Shown one piece after another: positions 27,664-37,481 of a stretch of 64,000 nt of DNA. The notes beneath the pieces were generated by a model, which had not been told where the DNA came from, ran no database searches, and saw only the letters and a program-made list of their open reading frames with translations. Both the position numbers and the translations under genes were made by a program. The first letter of the stretch is position 1. Every line of letters starts with the position of its first letter. This DNA is from Nitrosopumilaceae archaeon (GTDB taxonomy: Archaea > Thermoproteota > Nitrososphaeria > Nitrososphaerales > Nitrosopumilaceae), in NCBI GenBank assembly GCA_965207375.1, contig OZ242274.1, positions 1,600,001-1,664,000 of the forward strand, written 5' to 3'.

Positions 27664-30561
27664 ATGAAAAAAACACAACGACTGCAATTATCACCATCAT
27701 TGTTCATAGCCACATTTACAGTTGCACTTCTTGTAATGGCACCATTTGTGTATGAAAACGAGGCATTTGCATTACACAAAGGAGTTCACGATCTTGACCA
27801 CCCGTATATACCACAGGTTGACACTAATGGAAATTTTTATGATATTTATCTTGATCTTGAGACACGCCAAATTGTGTTTTACATAGACAGACACACCAAT
27901 AATTATCTCCATGCTGATCATGTATACATTCAACCTTCGAATTCTCCAAAATATTACATACCTGACTATTCCTATGTTGCATCCATATCTGGAAATTGGA
28001 CAAAATATACGCTTACCTTGTCAAGTGAAGTGGCCCAAAAGATATCGACAATGTATGATGAATCAAAAGCCAAAGGCTCCCAACCGGCGTTTGGAATTAA
28101 AAAAGGAGGCATATCTTATTATGATGAGGAACTTGGTATAATTAATAGAAATCCCGAAGTGCAACACGGACTAGAGGTGGTAAATGTCCTTGACCGCACG
28201 CCTCACATAACACTTGGTGGTGAGAAAATAATTATTCTAGAACAGTGGGATACATATTCTGATACCGACACTATCTGTACTGACAAAGATGACATGTATC
28301 CTGTATTTAGTCACAATGCTAGTACTGCCAATATGGGCCGTTTTGTAGTGGCATATACGTGCATCGATGACTCTGGAAATATGGCAGAACCGGCATACAA
28401 AACACTTTATGTCAATGCTAAAAGCCCACCAACAATCATAGTGCCATCAACACCACTCAAAACAATTGAAGGTACAGAACTAGTATACCAAATAAAATCC
28501 GACAGTTCCTCTGCAAAGTTTTACATTGTATCGCACAATGTTAGCTCTCAAGCAGGGCATGACCCTACCCTTACCACACAAGGTAAGCTGTCGTGGACTC
28601 CTTCTGAGAGTCATGGTAGACATGCAGATAATGTTTACCGCATAACAGTAAATGCAATTGATGCACACAGTAATGTGTCGCCGTCTAGGGACATATTTGT
28701 CATTGTAGCAGAAGAGAATTCTGCACCTAGAATCACATCATTTGACGAGATCAATGTTACACATGGCACAGATATATCTATTGACGTATCTACACATGTA
28801 AAAGATGATGATATCCCAAAAAATACAATTACATATTCAAAGGAGGGAGTAGGAAAGATTGACTCAGATACAGGTGTATTTACATGGATGACACAAGAAT
28901 CAGATGCAGGAACATATCATGTAAAATTTACAGTATCAGATGGTACGGTTAAAGTCAGCAAGATACAGACAATCATAGTTCGAGATATCACACCTCCAGT
29001 AATTCGTCCAATATCTGATATTACCATATCTGGCGACCTGCCTGCATCTGTAAAATTCCCACCATTTAATGCCATAGATGCTGTAGATGGTCCAGTTAAA
29101 GTAACGTGCACGCCAGCATCAGATTCATCATTTACTAAAGATGTCACTCTAGTCACATGTACTGCCACCGATACAGCAGGAAATGATGCTGACCCAGTCA
29201 TGTTTAGTGTTATGATTGTACCTGTACCAGACATTGAACCACCCACAATAATCCCAACTAAAATCCAAACATTAGAGGCGATAGACACTACATTAGTAAC
29301 AATTCCACTGCCCACCATAACAGACAATGTAGATGAGATAAATGACATATTACTTGAGATTAACATCACCGATGGCTATCACAAAATCTCATCTGATTTA
29401 ATATCGCATTCTTTTACAGTTGGAAATCATACCATTTATTGGCGCGCAACTGACACGGCTAATAATACTGCAATTGCAACACAGTTCATTAATGTCACGT
29501 CCCCAGTAATTGTCCCCATATCAGATGATGATATAACGCCTCCTTTGCCGCAAATATTCACAGGCGATGTGTTATCTAATGTTAATGGAACCTCCAATAT
29601 GGATACTAGACTGAACAATCTCAATGCAGAATATAAGCAATTAACTGAAACTGTTAAAAAATTAAAAAAAGATGTCACAAAATTAAAAGCTAAAATTGAC
29701 ACAACCTTTGACAATATTGCCGATTCAGATCAAAAATACAACAAACAGGAAAAAAAGATACAATCGCTTGAAAAAACTCTAGATAAACTACGGACACAAA
29801 AGGAGATGAAAAAAGAACTTTACAAATTTTATACAAATTCTGAACTTGTGTTTAAAAAGCACGGTGTAGATGCTGCCACAGACAACCACAGGTTGGTGCT
29901 TTTGTCTAGTCATGATTCATCTTGTAATATAGATTCTGAAAATAAACCGTGTTTTGCACAGTCAATTTACATTAATCAGAATCGTGAAAATTCAATGGTA
30001 CTAAAGAATATACGAAATCTTGATTCTTGGCCTAATCGTACCATCTATGTTGGTGATACCTTTGAGTGGACATACAATACAGCAAACTACAATATCAGTT
30101 CAATAGATATCATAGACTCTAATGGATTGAGAACAAGTACCTCGCCCAATTATGACAATTCTGTATTTGACTTTACATCTCAAATCCACGCATTCAATGT
30201 ATCAGGCGTATTTAATTGGAGCATGAGTGAATACCCATCAATACACGGAACCATAAGAGTAATAGATCTGCCTCTATTACAAGCATTGCACGAAGATGAT
30301 GACTCAAATGTGCAAGAAACAACAAAAATTGAAAATCTTGAGAAAAAAATTACTGTAAAGATCAAAAAGATTGAATCATTAAAAGATACCAAAAAAGATC
30401 TTCGACAGATCCTTGATAGTGCAAAGCGTGGTGAATATACACTAGAGGATCTTCGCACGATGAACAATGCAGAGATAAAAGAATTGTCAAAAACTACAAA
30501 GCATGTAAAAAACAAAATAATTGGATTTAATGATAAATTAAAGCCATACCTACATCCGTGA
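27664..30561 (+). CDS. large secreted/surface protein with DUF5011/cadherin-like/HYR Ig-type repeats and coiled coils
   Basis: Signal peptide; YTCIDDSGN, NSAPRI..DDDIP..ITYS..IDSDTGVFTW..FTVSDG, DITPPVI..DAVDG..VTCTATDTAGN; heptad regions flanking a beta-rich insert. Confidence 0.85.
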   Translation: MKKTQRLQLSPSLFIATFTVALLVMAPFVYENEAFALHKGVHDLDHPYIPQVDTNGNFYDIYLDLETRQIVFYIDRHTNNYLHADHVYIQPSNSPKYYIPDYSYVASISGNWTKYTLTLSSEVAQKISTMYDESKAKGSQPAFGIKKGGISYYDEELGIINRNPEVQHGLEVVNVLDRTPHITLGGEKIIILEQWDTYSDTDTICTDKDDMYPVFSHNASTANMGRFVVAYTCIDDSGNMAEPAYKTLYVNAKSPPTIIVPSTPLKTIEGTELVYQIKSDSSSAKFYIVSHNVSSQAGHDPTLTTQGKLSWTPSESHGRHADNVYRITVNAIDAHSNVSPSRDIFVIVAEENSAPRITSFDEINVTHGTDISIDVSTHVKDDDIPKNTITYSKEGVGKIDSDTGVFTWMTQESDAGTYHVKFTVSDGTVKVSKIQTIIVRDITPPVIRPISDITISGDLPASVKFPPFNAIDAVDGPVKVTCTPASDSSFTKDVTLVTCTATDTAGNDADPVMFSVMIVPVPDIEPPTIIPTKIQTLEAIDTTLVTIPLPTITDNVDEINDILLEINITDGYHKISSDLISHSFTVGNHTIYWRATDTANNTAIATQFINVTSPVIVPISDDDITPPLPQIFTGDVLSNVNGTSNMDTRLNNLNAEYKQLTETVKKLKKDVTKLKAKIDTTFDNIADSDQKYNKQEKKIQSLEKTLDKLRTQKEMKKELYKFYTNSELVFKKHGVDAATDNHRLVLLSSHDSSCNIDSENKPCFAQSIYINQNRENSMVLKNIRNLDSWPNRTIYVGDTFEWTYNTANYNISSIDIIDSNGLRTSTSPNYDNSVFDFTSQIHAFNVSGVFNWSMSEYPSIHGTIRVIDLPLLQALHEDDDSNVQETTKIENLEKKITVKIKKIESLKDTKKDLRQILDSAKRGEYTLEDLRTMNNAEIKELSKTTKHVKNKIIGFNDKLKPYLHP

Positions 30562-30599
30562 TAATTATTCTGAAATTAATTATTGACAAAATTCAATAG

Positions 30600-30770
30600 G
30601 TGGAAAATGGTTGCCTTGATTACTTTTTATGTAGACTGTTGACAGAACCAACAAGCATGACGTGGAGAGGATTGTGTATTCACAAGCTGCGAGGCAGTAT
30701 AGAGATCGTCTTTGGCAAATTGTAGCTAATCTAAAGCCTCTTTCTGTATATCAAAATCATGACTGCTCAT
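30600..30770 (-). pseudogene. HEPN toxin remnant with two in-frame stops
   Basis: MSSHDFDIQKEALD*LQFAKDDLYTASQLV...HACWFCQQST*KVIKA matches the HEPN N-terminal W...A..DL...ACF..QQ.AEK.LKA pattern; overlaps the MNT stop; left boundary approximate. Confidence 0.75.
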
Positions 30771-31074
30771 ACAACATTCTCCCATCACGAAGTGCGGCAT
30801 GGATTAAAGTACCAACTATGTATCGTTTGCGGTTTATCTCATCGGTGGTAACTATCACTATATCCTTGCTTATGAACAAATCCTTTAACAATCGTTGTAT
30901 CTCAATTGCAGTTTGGTGCTTGTCTGAGATTTTGTTCATTATGATCATTAAATCTACATCACTCCATTTCCTAGCGTCACTACGTGCCTGAGATCCGAAG
31001 AGCAAGATGCCTACAGGATCTAACCTCTTGACAATACGATCCACCATTATAGAGAGCATATCAGTAGTCATCAT
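30757..31074 (-). CDS. minimal nucleotidyltransferase (MNT antitoxin)
   Basis: LLFGSQARSDARKWSDVDL, KDIVIVT. Confidence 0.9.
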   Translation of the reverse strand: MMTTDMLSIMVDRIVKRLDPVGILLFGSQARSDARKWSDVDLMIIMNKISDKHQTAIEIQRLLKDLFISKDIVIVTTDEINRKRYIVGTLIHAALRDGRMLYEQS

Positions 31075-31435
31075 ATGGTTTCATCCTCGTCATTAGTTAA
31101 TACTATAACAATAACACTAGTTAATTTTTGTAGATTCATACTATATCTTGTCTTTAGTATAGGTATTTGCTATTATAAATAAGATGTAACACTTTGTTCT
31201 GATTCTCCAGCGTTATCTGTTGGTCAAAGTCGATATGCAAATTTTCTCCGGATTACCCGTGCCTAAAATTTCTTCAATTGCAGCATAATTTGCTTTTGTA
31301 CAGGTAAAAGAGATCAAAAATTTAACCATTTTTTGTAACTGTTTCGCTTTTTGAAGATCTCTCAGATAGTCATGCGCAACATCCCCTATCATTTGCAATT
31401 TGCCATTACTCAGGATATAATATACAGAAATAATG

Positions 31436-31670
31436 CTATCCTGGACTGTAGGAATTTCGTAAAATGTCATAAAAGATTGCATCTTGAATCTTGCTAGTTG
31501 TCAGTATGGTAAACAGTATGGAATTGGCCTCCATGCTTGCAGCAGAACGGTTCCCGCCTCCATTGTGCCGTATTGATACAAAACGCCGGTTCATTCTCTC
31601 CACTGTATTGTCAGGTTCTACCACGGTACATTTAGGGCCAAAAGTGCTCAAAAACTGATAGAGCAAGTAT
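31436..31670. pseudogene. IS66 relics: transposase C-terminus (minus) abutting an IS66 right end (plus)
   Basis: EPDNTVERMNRRFVSIR..GGNRS...ANSILFTILTT on the minus strand; GTACATTTAGGGCCAAAAGTGCTCAAAAA matches 45605-45633. Confidence 0.7.
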
Positions 31671-31769
31671 CTCACAAATATCAGGTACAAATCTTTGTTT
31701 TTTGTGTTAAAACAACAACGACAAAATCAAGAACAATCATTTTTTAATGAAGTAATACAAAACAATATC

Positions 31770-32561
31770 ATGGGAGAACCTTTAGCATTTGTAGACCCAA
31801 AAAAGGATCCAAAACACTATATCGCAAGATACCTAAATGAGCCAAATTACAAGGCATGGTTTGATCGTAACTATCCAAATTATACCATATACCAAGGAAT
31901 TGGAATTTCTGAAGAGCAATTCCACAATATTGTAAATCAATTAACTGAGATAGACATTCCAGAAAAAGATACATCAAAAGAAGGATTGACAAAATTAAAA
32001 GAGCTAGCAGAACAGCTAAAAGATACTGAATCTGAGAAATCTACACCTGATTCGTCCAAACCCCTCACCCAAGATATGGTTGATGATTCAGTAAAATCCA
32101 AAACAGAAGAGACACCACCTACAGAACCCAGAGGCGAAGACATTGCAAAATCTGTCTTTAATTCCCAATCAGATGAGAGTGCAGGATATGACAGGCGCAC
32201 ATTTGAAGAGTTTGTAGATGAACGTGTTTTAATCAGTAGAGATTTGTTTGGTAAAAAAGAAATGAAGATCAAAATCCTAGAGGTATCTGATGAACACCAG
32301 GAATCAAAGATACGATGGAAGTTTGGAGACCGAGTAAAGGTCAACAAAATCATTATCACCATCAAACACCTAGATACCATGGAGGTAGAGGAAGGCGAAT
32401 TTGACATCGAAGCCATAGAAAAGGAGCTAGCAGAAAAAAGGCACTATTCCTCAACTAACAGATGGATACCTGCAACTGATATCAAAAATGGATATGTGGT
32501 AAGCTCCAAACACACTGCACTGATTAGCGATGCGGTGGCACTAGACTATATTATATTTTGA
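31770..32561 (+). CDS. conserved hypothetical protein
   Basis: FVDPKKDPKHYIARYLNEPNYKAWFD N-domain, acidic linker, C-domain; start moved to ATG 31770. Confidence 0.8.
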   Translation: MGEPLAFVDPKKDPKHYIARYLNEPNYKAWFDRNYPNYTIYQGIGISEEQFHNIVNQLTEIDIPEKDTSKEGLTKLKELAEQLKDTESEKSTPDSSKPLTQDMVDDSVKSKTEETPPTEPRGEDIAKSVFNSQSDESAGYDRRTFEEFVDERVLISRDLFGKKEMKIKILEVSDEHQESKIRWKFGDRVKVNKIIITIKHLDTMEVEEGEFDIEAIEKELAEKRHYSSTNRWIPATDIKNGYVVSSKHTALISDAVALDYIIF

Positions 32562-32602
32562 GGGTGAAAAACCTTTAAAGACTAAGTTTTAGAAGCTGAT
32601 TT

Positions 32603-32917
32603 ATGATAACAAAAACGGTTCAGGCAAATGGAACAGAATTTATGGTGACCTTGACTGATCAGGTGATAAATCAGGTAAACAGCCTCAAACAACTATACAA
32701 TGCAGCATATGAGGATCCAGAAAGCTTCGAGCAGGTAAGCTCAGAGATATCCTCTACCATCAACGAGATTGCCACAGCAGCAGATCCCGAGCCTTCAGAC
32801 GGTGATCTAGACGATCTGATTCAGGAAATTATTAAAGTAGTAGACAACAAAGCAGCAGAAATACAAAAAGAGTTAGAGGACAAGCCTGCAAAAAAATCTA
32901 AAAAACAACATGTATAG
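32603..32917 (+). CDS. conserved acidic hypothetical protein
   Basis: 104-aa ORF with TTTAAA TATA box upstream. Confidence 0.8.
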   Translation: MITKTVQANGTEFMVTLTDQVINQVNSLKQLYNAAYEDPESFEQVSSEISSTINEIATAADPEPSDGDLDDLIQEIIKVVDNKAAEIQKELEDKPAKKSKKQHV

Positions 32918-32960
32918 AAAAATTCAAGAACTATACTAAATTATTATAGGTAGAACAAAA

Positions 32961-33092
32961 ATGGCAAATAGTTGCGAATGTGGAATATGTGGGCATCATG
33001 ATGAAGAAGAATGCATAAAAAATGAGTGTAGATGCTGTCTAAATTTTCATCAAAGATCAGGACCTAAACAAAAAGAGTCTCAATCCAAATAG
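32961..33092 (+). CDS. 43-aa Cys/His-rich metal-binding microprotein (not in ORF track)
   Basis: MANSCECGICGHHDEEECIKNECRCCLNFHQRSGPKQKESQSK*. Confidence 0.65.
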   Translation: MANSCECGICGHHDEEECIKNECRCCLNFHQRSGPKQKESQSK

Positions 33093-33174
33093 CAGCTGCA
33101 TTTTTTGGCAGCATGTCTGTGGCAGCCAATTAATCTATGGTCTCGGCAACTGCAAAGAATGCATTTTTTGGCCA

Positions 33175-33552
33175 TTATTTGAGATCCTCTAGGATGTATT
33201 TTATTTTTGTTAAGAGTCTTGCCTCCTCAAATGACTCTAAAATTTTAAACCGAATGTTGTGAATTCTGCCTGTATCCTGAGAATAAAGCGGAGCCATTAT
33301 GGCAATTTCACGTTCAAAGGAATAAGTCTGTAGATATCTTTCAGATATTGATGCTAATTCAGTATGGGTATCGTGTGGATTTTTTGCAGATTCTACTTTG
33401 TTTATTATAACCTGAAACAGTGCAACAATTTTGAGGATCTCCTTGTTGATAGTATCTAAATCCCCCGGCTTGTCTTCTAATTCAGAAAGCAGGTCATGAG
33501 ACTGTACAATCTGCATCAAAATATCTTTGAAATACTCGTCATATGTTACCAT
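33175..33552 (-). CDS. conserved helical hypothetical protein
   Basis: ORF MVTYDEYFKDILMQI...; no motif. Confidence 0.75.
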   Translation of the reverse strand: MVTYDEYFKDILMQIVQSHDLLSELEDKPGDLDTINKEILKIVALFQVIINKVESAKNPHDTHTELASISERYLQTYSFEREIAIMAPLYSQDTGRIHNIRFKILESFEEARLLTKIKYILEDLK

Positions 33553-33631
33553 GTGTAGTATCAAAAGCACAACAATCTAAAAGCTTTGATTTTTGTTTAT
33601 CTTTAAATTGGAACAATCACAGTCAAAAATA

Positions 33632-34966
33632 TTGCAGTCAGCATATTTGAAATGCATTGATCCCAAATGCGGTTTAGAGTATCCTATTGCCGAGATTCGA
33701 GTAGAATGCAATAAAGGACACCTACTTGATGTAAAATACAAAAAAGTACAGGCATTGCACCTCAAAGAAACGTTTCTAAAAAGAAGAAATTCTGAGGGCA
33801 GTATCTTTAATGAAAGTGGAATTTGGAGATTCAGAGAACTGTTAAACTTTTGTCAGATAGACACCGAAGATTTACAGCAATGTGCTACAAAACTAGTTTC
33901 ACTAGATGGAGCAGAAGGAAGACAGTCAAAGCCGTATCACATGTCAAAACCTGCAGAATTTGCAGGTCTTGATAACGAACATTTGTGGCTACAGCCTGAA
34001 GGATACAATCCAAGCGGCTCATTCAAAGACAACGGCATGGTCACCGCTGTAACTCATGCAAAGCTGGTAGGTGCCAAAAAAATTGTATGCGCCTCAACAG
34101 GTAACACATCTGCATCAGCAGGCATGTTTGCTGCAAACGAGGGAATGCAGTGTGATGTGTACATACCTGCAGGTCAGATAGCTCCTGGAAAATTAAGTCA
34201 GGCGTATCAGTTTGGAGCACAAATCATACAAGTTGATGGAAACTTTGATGATGCACTACGACAGTCATTAAATGATGCAAAAAACCACGACGGATACACT
34301 GTAAACTCGATTAATCCATTTAGAATAGAGGGGCAAAAGACAATTCCAATCAGAGCATTAGAGTATCTAAATTGGCAGGTTCCAGACTGGATTGTTTACC
34401 CAGGAGGCGCATTGGGAAACACATCAAGCTGTGGAAAGGCACTAGTGGAGCTATACGAGTGGGGATGGATTAAAAAAATTCCAAGAATTGCAGTAATAAA
34501 CGCTGCAGGTGCAAATACGCTCTCTGATTTGTACAATGGAAAGTTTGAAGGAGAATCATTGCGCTGGAACAAGGGCAATCCAAACACGGAACTAATTACA
34601 CGATACTATGAGGATTTAGATGATAAAGGTACAAGACCAAATACCAAGGCAACTGCCATACAAATTGGAAGACCTGCAAACATACTCAAGGGTCTAAGAG
34701 CACTTGAATTTACAAACGGCCTAGTAACTACTGTAAGCGACTCTGAAATGCTAGATGCAATGTCTGTAGTTGGCCTAAATGGATTTGACTGTGAGATGGC
34801 ATCTGGTGCAGCCTTGGCAGGAATTAAAAAACTAGTCGGCCAGGAAATTATCAAAAAGGACGATACCGTTGTTGGCATCCTTACAGGAAGGCAAAAGGAT
34901 GCAATGCTGCCCGTAGAGTATCACAATGATGTCAAAAATAGATTTGCAAAACCTCCTAGAAATTAA
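33632..34966 (+). CDS. thrC: threonine synthase
   Basis: NPSGSFKDNGM (PLP Lys), CASTGNTSAS, NSINPFRIEGQKT; TTG start with TTTAAA about 25 nt upstream. Confidence 0.95.
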   Translation: MQSAYLKCIDPKCGLEYPIAEIRVECNKGHLLDVKYKKVQALHLKETFLKRRNSEGSIFNESGIWRFRELLNFCQIDTEDLQQCATKLVSLDGAEGRQSKPYHMSKPAEFAGLDNEHLWLQPEGYNPSGSFKDNGMVTAVTHAKLVGAKKIVCASTGNTSASAGMFAANEGMQCDVYIPAGQIAPGKLSQAYQFGAQIIQVDGNFDDALRQSLNDAKNHDGYTVNSINPFRIEGQKTIPIRALEYLNWQVPDWIVYPGGALGNTSSCGKALVELYEWGWIKKIPRIAVINAAGANTLSDLYNGKFEGESLRWNKGNPNTELITRYYEDLDDKGTRPNTKATAIQIGRPANILKGLRALEFTNGLVTTVSDSEMLDAMSVVGLNGFDCEMASGAALAGIKKLVGQEIIKKDDTVVGILTGRQKDAMLPVEYHNDVKNRFAKPPRN

Positions 34967-35219
34967 TTTTAAATATAAATCAAAAAGACGGTGCATCTAG
35001 GCGTAGTTACAAAATTTGTCAAATATTTATTTAGGCTACTTGGTACTATCTTATACCAATTAGAATCACCCATAGAGTTTATGCATTAATTACTGGTCTC
35101 ATTTCCAAATTTATCTCATTTCTCAATCTATGTATGGTGCAATGAGTTTGTGTGGACAGTACCTATAATTGAAAATAGTAAATCAAGGTATCGTTTAAAT
35201 TGTTTTGAAAAAAATAATT

Positions 35220-37052
35220 CTATACCAAGTTTAAAAGTCTTAATTTTATTGAATCATCGTTACCAAGTTCTATGCGTTTTTCCCTCTCATCGGTAAGCGA
35301 ACTCAAGATGTTGGCGCCGTGTTGTTTTAATTTGTACAGGATATCATGTGGGGTAGGAATGTCATTTTCGTCCTTTTTGTACCCTGGTGCAGAAACTTTT
35401 GCAATTAATTTATCGGGCCAGGTGTCATATTTGCGCGAGTCAAACCACAACATAAAGCTTGTACACGTAGTTTCAACCACATCAAGAAGAGATTGTGGAA
35501 TCTTGTCACGTTTTTTTAAATCTTGAAAGATCTTTATGATTTCATCTTCGACGAATCGTCGTTGGTCTATTGGAATTTCTGCCATCGATATTCCTATAAA
35601 TCGTAAAATAAAATACTTTATAGTTTTCTTGCCAAATATTTGCATCTGCCTCTTGTATCTATCTTTAAAGTCACAAGTTTGAGATTTTTTGCCCCAGTTT
35701 CTACACAATTCATCTATAGTTGTTAGGAATATGTGCGGTATGATTAGTTCTTTGATCTTACGATTCAAAAAGACCTTGTCATATTCAATGCGTTCTGCAA
35801 GCGAGAATAGATCTTTTTCTGGCATCATGGCCCCATTAGGATCAATTGCATAGGCGTAATATGCCCTTGCAGTGGTGTTTTTCTTTAAAAGTCGACGTAA
35901 AGTAACACGATTCTGTATACGGGCAGGCTCTGAACCAAATCCATTAGTTTGTCTTTCAAAATAAAAATCATTAAAATGAGTTTTACACTGAGATACAAGA
36001 TCACGCAATTCATCTGCAGTTGCTATTAAATCGATTGGTTTAATCGGATTTTGTGTATTTGTAGTTTGGCTTATCAGTACGTGCTCATCATCATCTGCCG
36101 TTTCGTGTATAGTCAGTGTTACAAAAATATCTTCAATTGATTCAGGTGATTTTTCCAAGACATATGTAGTCTGTCGTCCATTTACCACTTTGAGATTCCT
36201 AACTATGAATTCATTGGGGGAAGTTTCCTCAAAACCATCACACACAGCAGTAATACCGTTATTTAGTTTCCAAAATTTCTTTTGCCTCACAGAATCTGCA
36301 ATTGTTTTTAATATCTCTCTGTTTGTAAGTGACATGCTTAGATGTTCACGCGGATTTTCTAGATAAATGGAACGTTTGTAAGGCTTTATTGATTTGATTA
36401 AATCATGGGCATTGACATGACCTAAGATTGATGCTTTTTTGGTGGTAGGATCAGGTCGTTTTATTATATTGCCATTAAAATGAATTTTGATGTCAGGAGT
36501 ATGGGGCGTTCTGACATGTGAAAGAATTTCATCCAAATCTAGTATTTCGATGTTAATATCTGGGGAAAGCTTGTCACATTCATCATGAATCAACTGTTTT
36601 GCCTGATCATTTAGTTTACCTGTTACTGCAAAAAGCAGGATCTTTTTAAGATTAGGATTTTCTTGCCGCAACATGTTATAATCTCTGGATTTTTGTTTAA
36701 AATTAGAATTAGCGTCGTTTGGACAATTTTCCAAATATTTTAGCGTCTCTCTAAAAGATAAAATTTCCTCCCGGTCTACGATATGATTTAGCGTACTGCT
36801 GAATTTTGACTGTACAATCCACACGGATTGATTAGTTCCATTTCCGTCATAGTCTATGTACAGTATATCTATACCATAATCATTGGAGCCATCAATGCTT
36901 ACTGCCTCATCAATATCAAGTTCACTGTCAATGTCTAAAATATTGGTACATACCCAGCGTGGAAATGCCTGATAGTCTTTGATATCGTATTCTTTGGAAA
37001 TGTTTTGTATCTCTTCTATAAATTGTGACTGCATCTGCTCATCAGACATCAT
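35220..37052 (-). CDS. AIPR-family (abortive infection phage resistance) protein
   Basis: DGSNDYGID, IVQSKF, ENPREHL, FWKLNNGITAVC, VVNGRQTT, TNTQNPIK..DL, YFERQ. Confidence 0.88.
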   Translation of the reverse strand: MMSDEQMQSQFIEEIQNISKEYDIKDYQAFPRWVCTNILDIDSELDIDEAVSIDGSNDYGIDILYIDYDGNGTNQSVWIVQSKFSSTLNHIVDREEILSFRETLKYLENCPNDANSNFKQKSRDYNMLRQENPNLKKILLFAVTGKLNDQAKQLIHDECDKLSPDINIEILDLDEILSHVRTPHTPDIKIHFNGNIIKRPDPTTKKASILGHVNAHDLIKSIKPYKRSIYLENPREHLSMSLTNREILKTIADSVRQKKFWKLNNGITAVCDGFEETSPNEFIVRNLKVVNGRQTTYVLEKSPESIEDIFVTLTIHETADDDEHVLISQTTNTQNPIKPIDLIATADELRDLVSQCKTHFNDFYFERQTNGFGSEPARIQNRVTLRRLLKKNTTARAYYAYAIDPNGAMMPEKDLFSLAERIEYDKVFLNRKIKELIIPHIFLTTIDELCRNWGKKSQTCDFKDRYKRQMQIFGKKTIKYFILRFIGISMAEIPIDQRRFVEDEIIKIFQDLKKRDKIPQSLLDVVETTCTSFMLWFDSRKYDTWPDKLIAKVSAPGYKKDENDIPTPHDILYKLKQHGANILSSLTDEREKRIELGNDDSIKLRLLNLV

Positions 37053-37481
37053 TTAATCATTGTATCGTATGTTTATAACCCTTGTAATGCAAATACAGCA
37101 AAATCTTGATTGTGATCATATTCTATTCTGAATTATTTTGAAAAAATTGATTGTAATCTTATGTTCTCCGATCAAGGAAATTATGTGATAAATCGTATGT
37201 GTTAACGTCTAGATTTTTACTCTTATTTTATGACATCTCAAATTCGTGTTTAAAATTTACCAGAATTTCAAATCAACGTTACGATTTTGACATATTCTAA
37301 AAAATTTGTTGATTAATGGTTTTTGCCTTGCATGGTCTTGACTGCAATCACAAAATAAGAATGTGCCAAAACTCTAATGCTGCAAGTACTCTTCCATTTG
37401 TCAACGTGTTGCTCACCGTGACGGATTGTCAGGTTATCCATGTGTTGGTACGTGCCAGTAACAGTTACATGCATGTCATTT

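Noticed and set aside
31213-31482. 89-aa minus-strand ORF
   Set aside because: Partly overlaps the IS66 relic and has no family signal; cannot be supported as a gene
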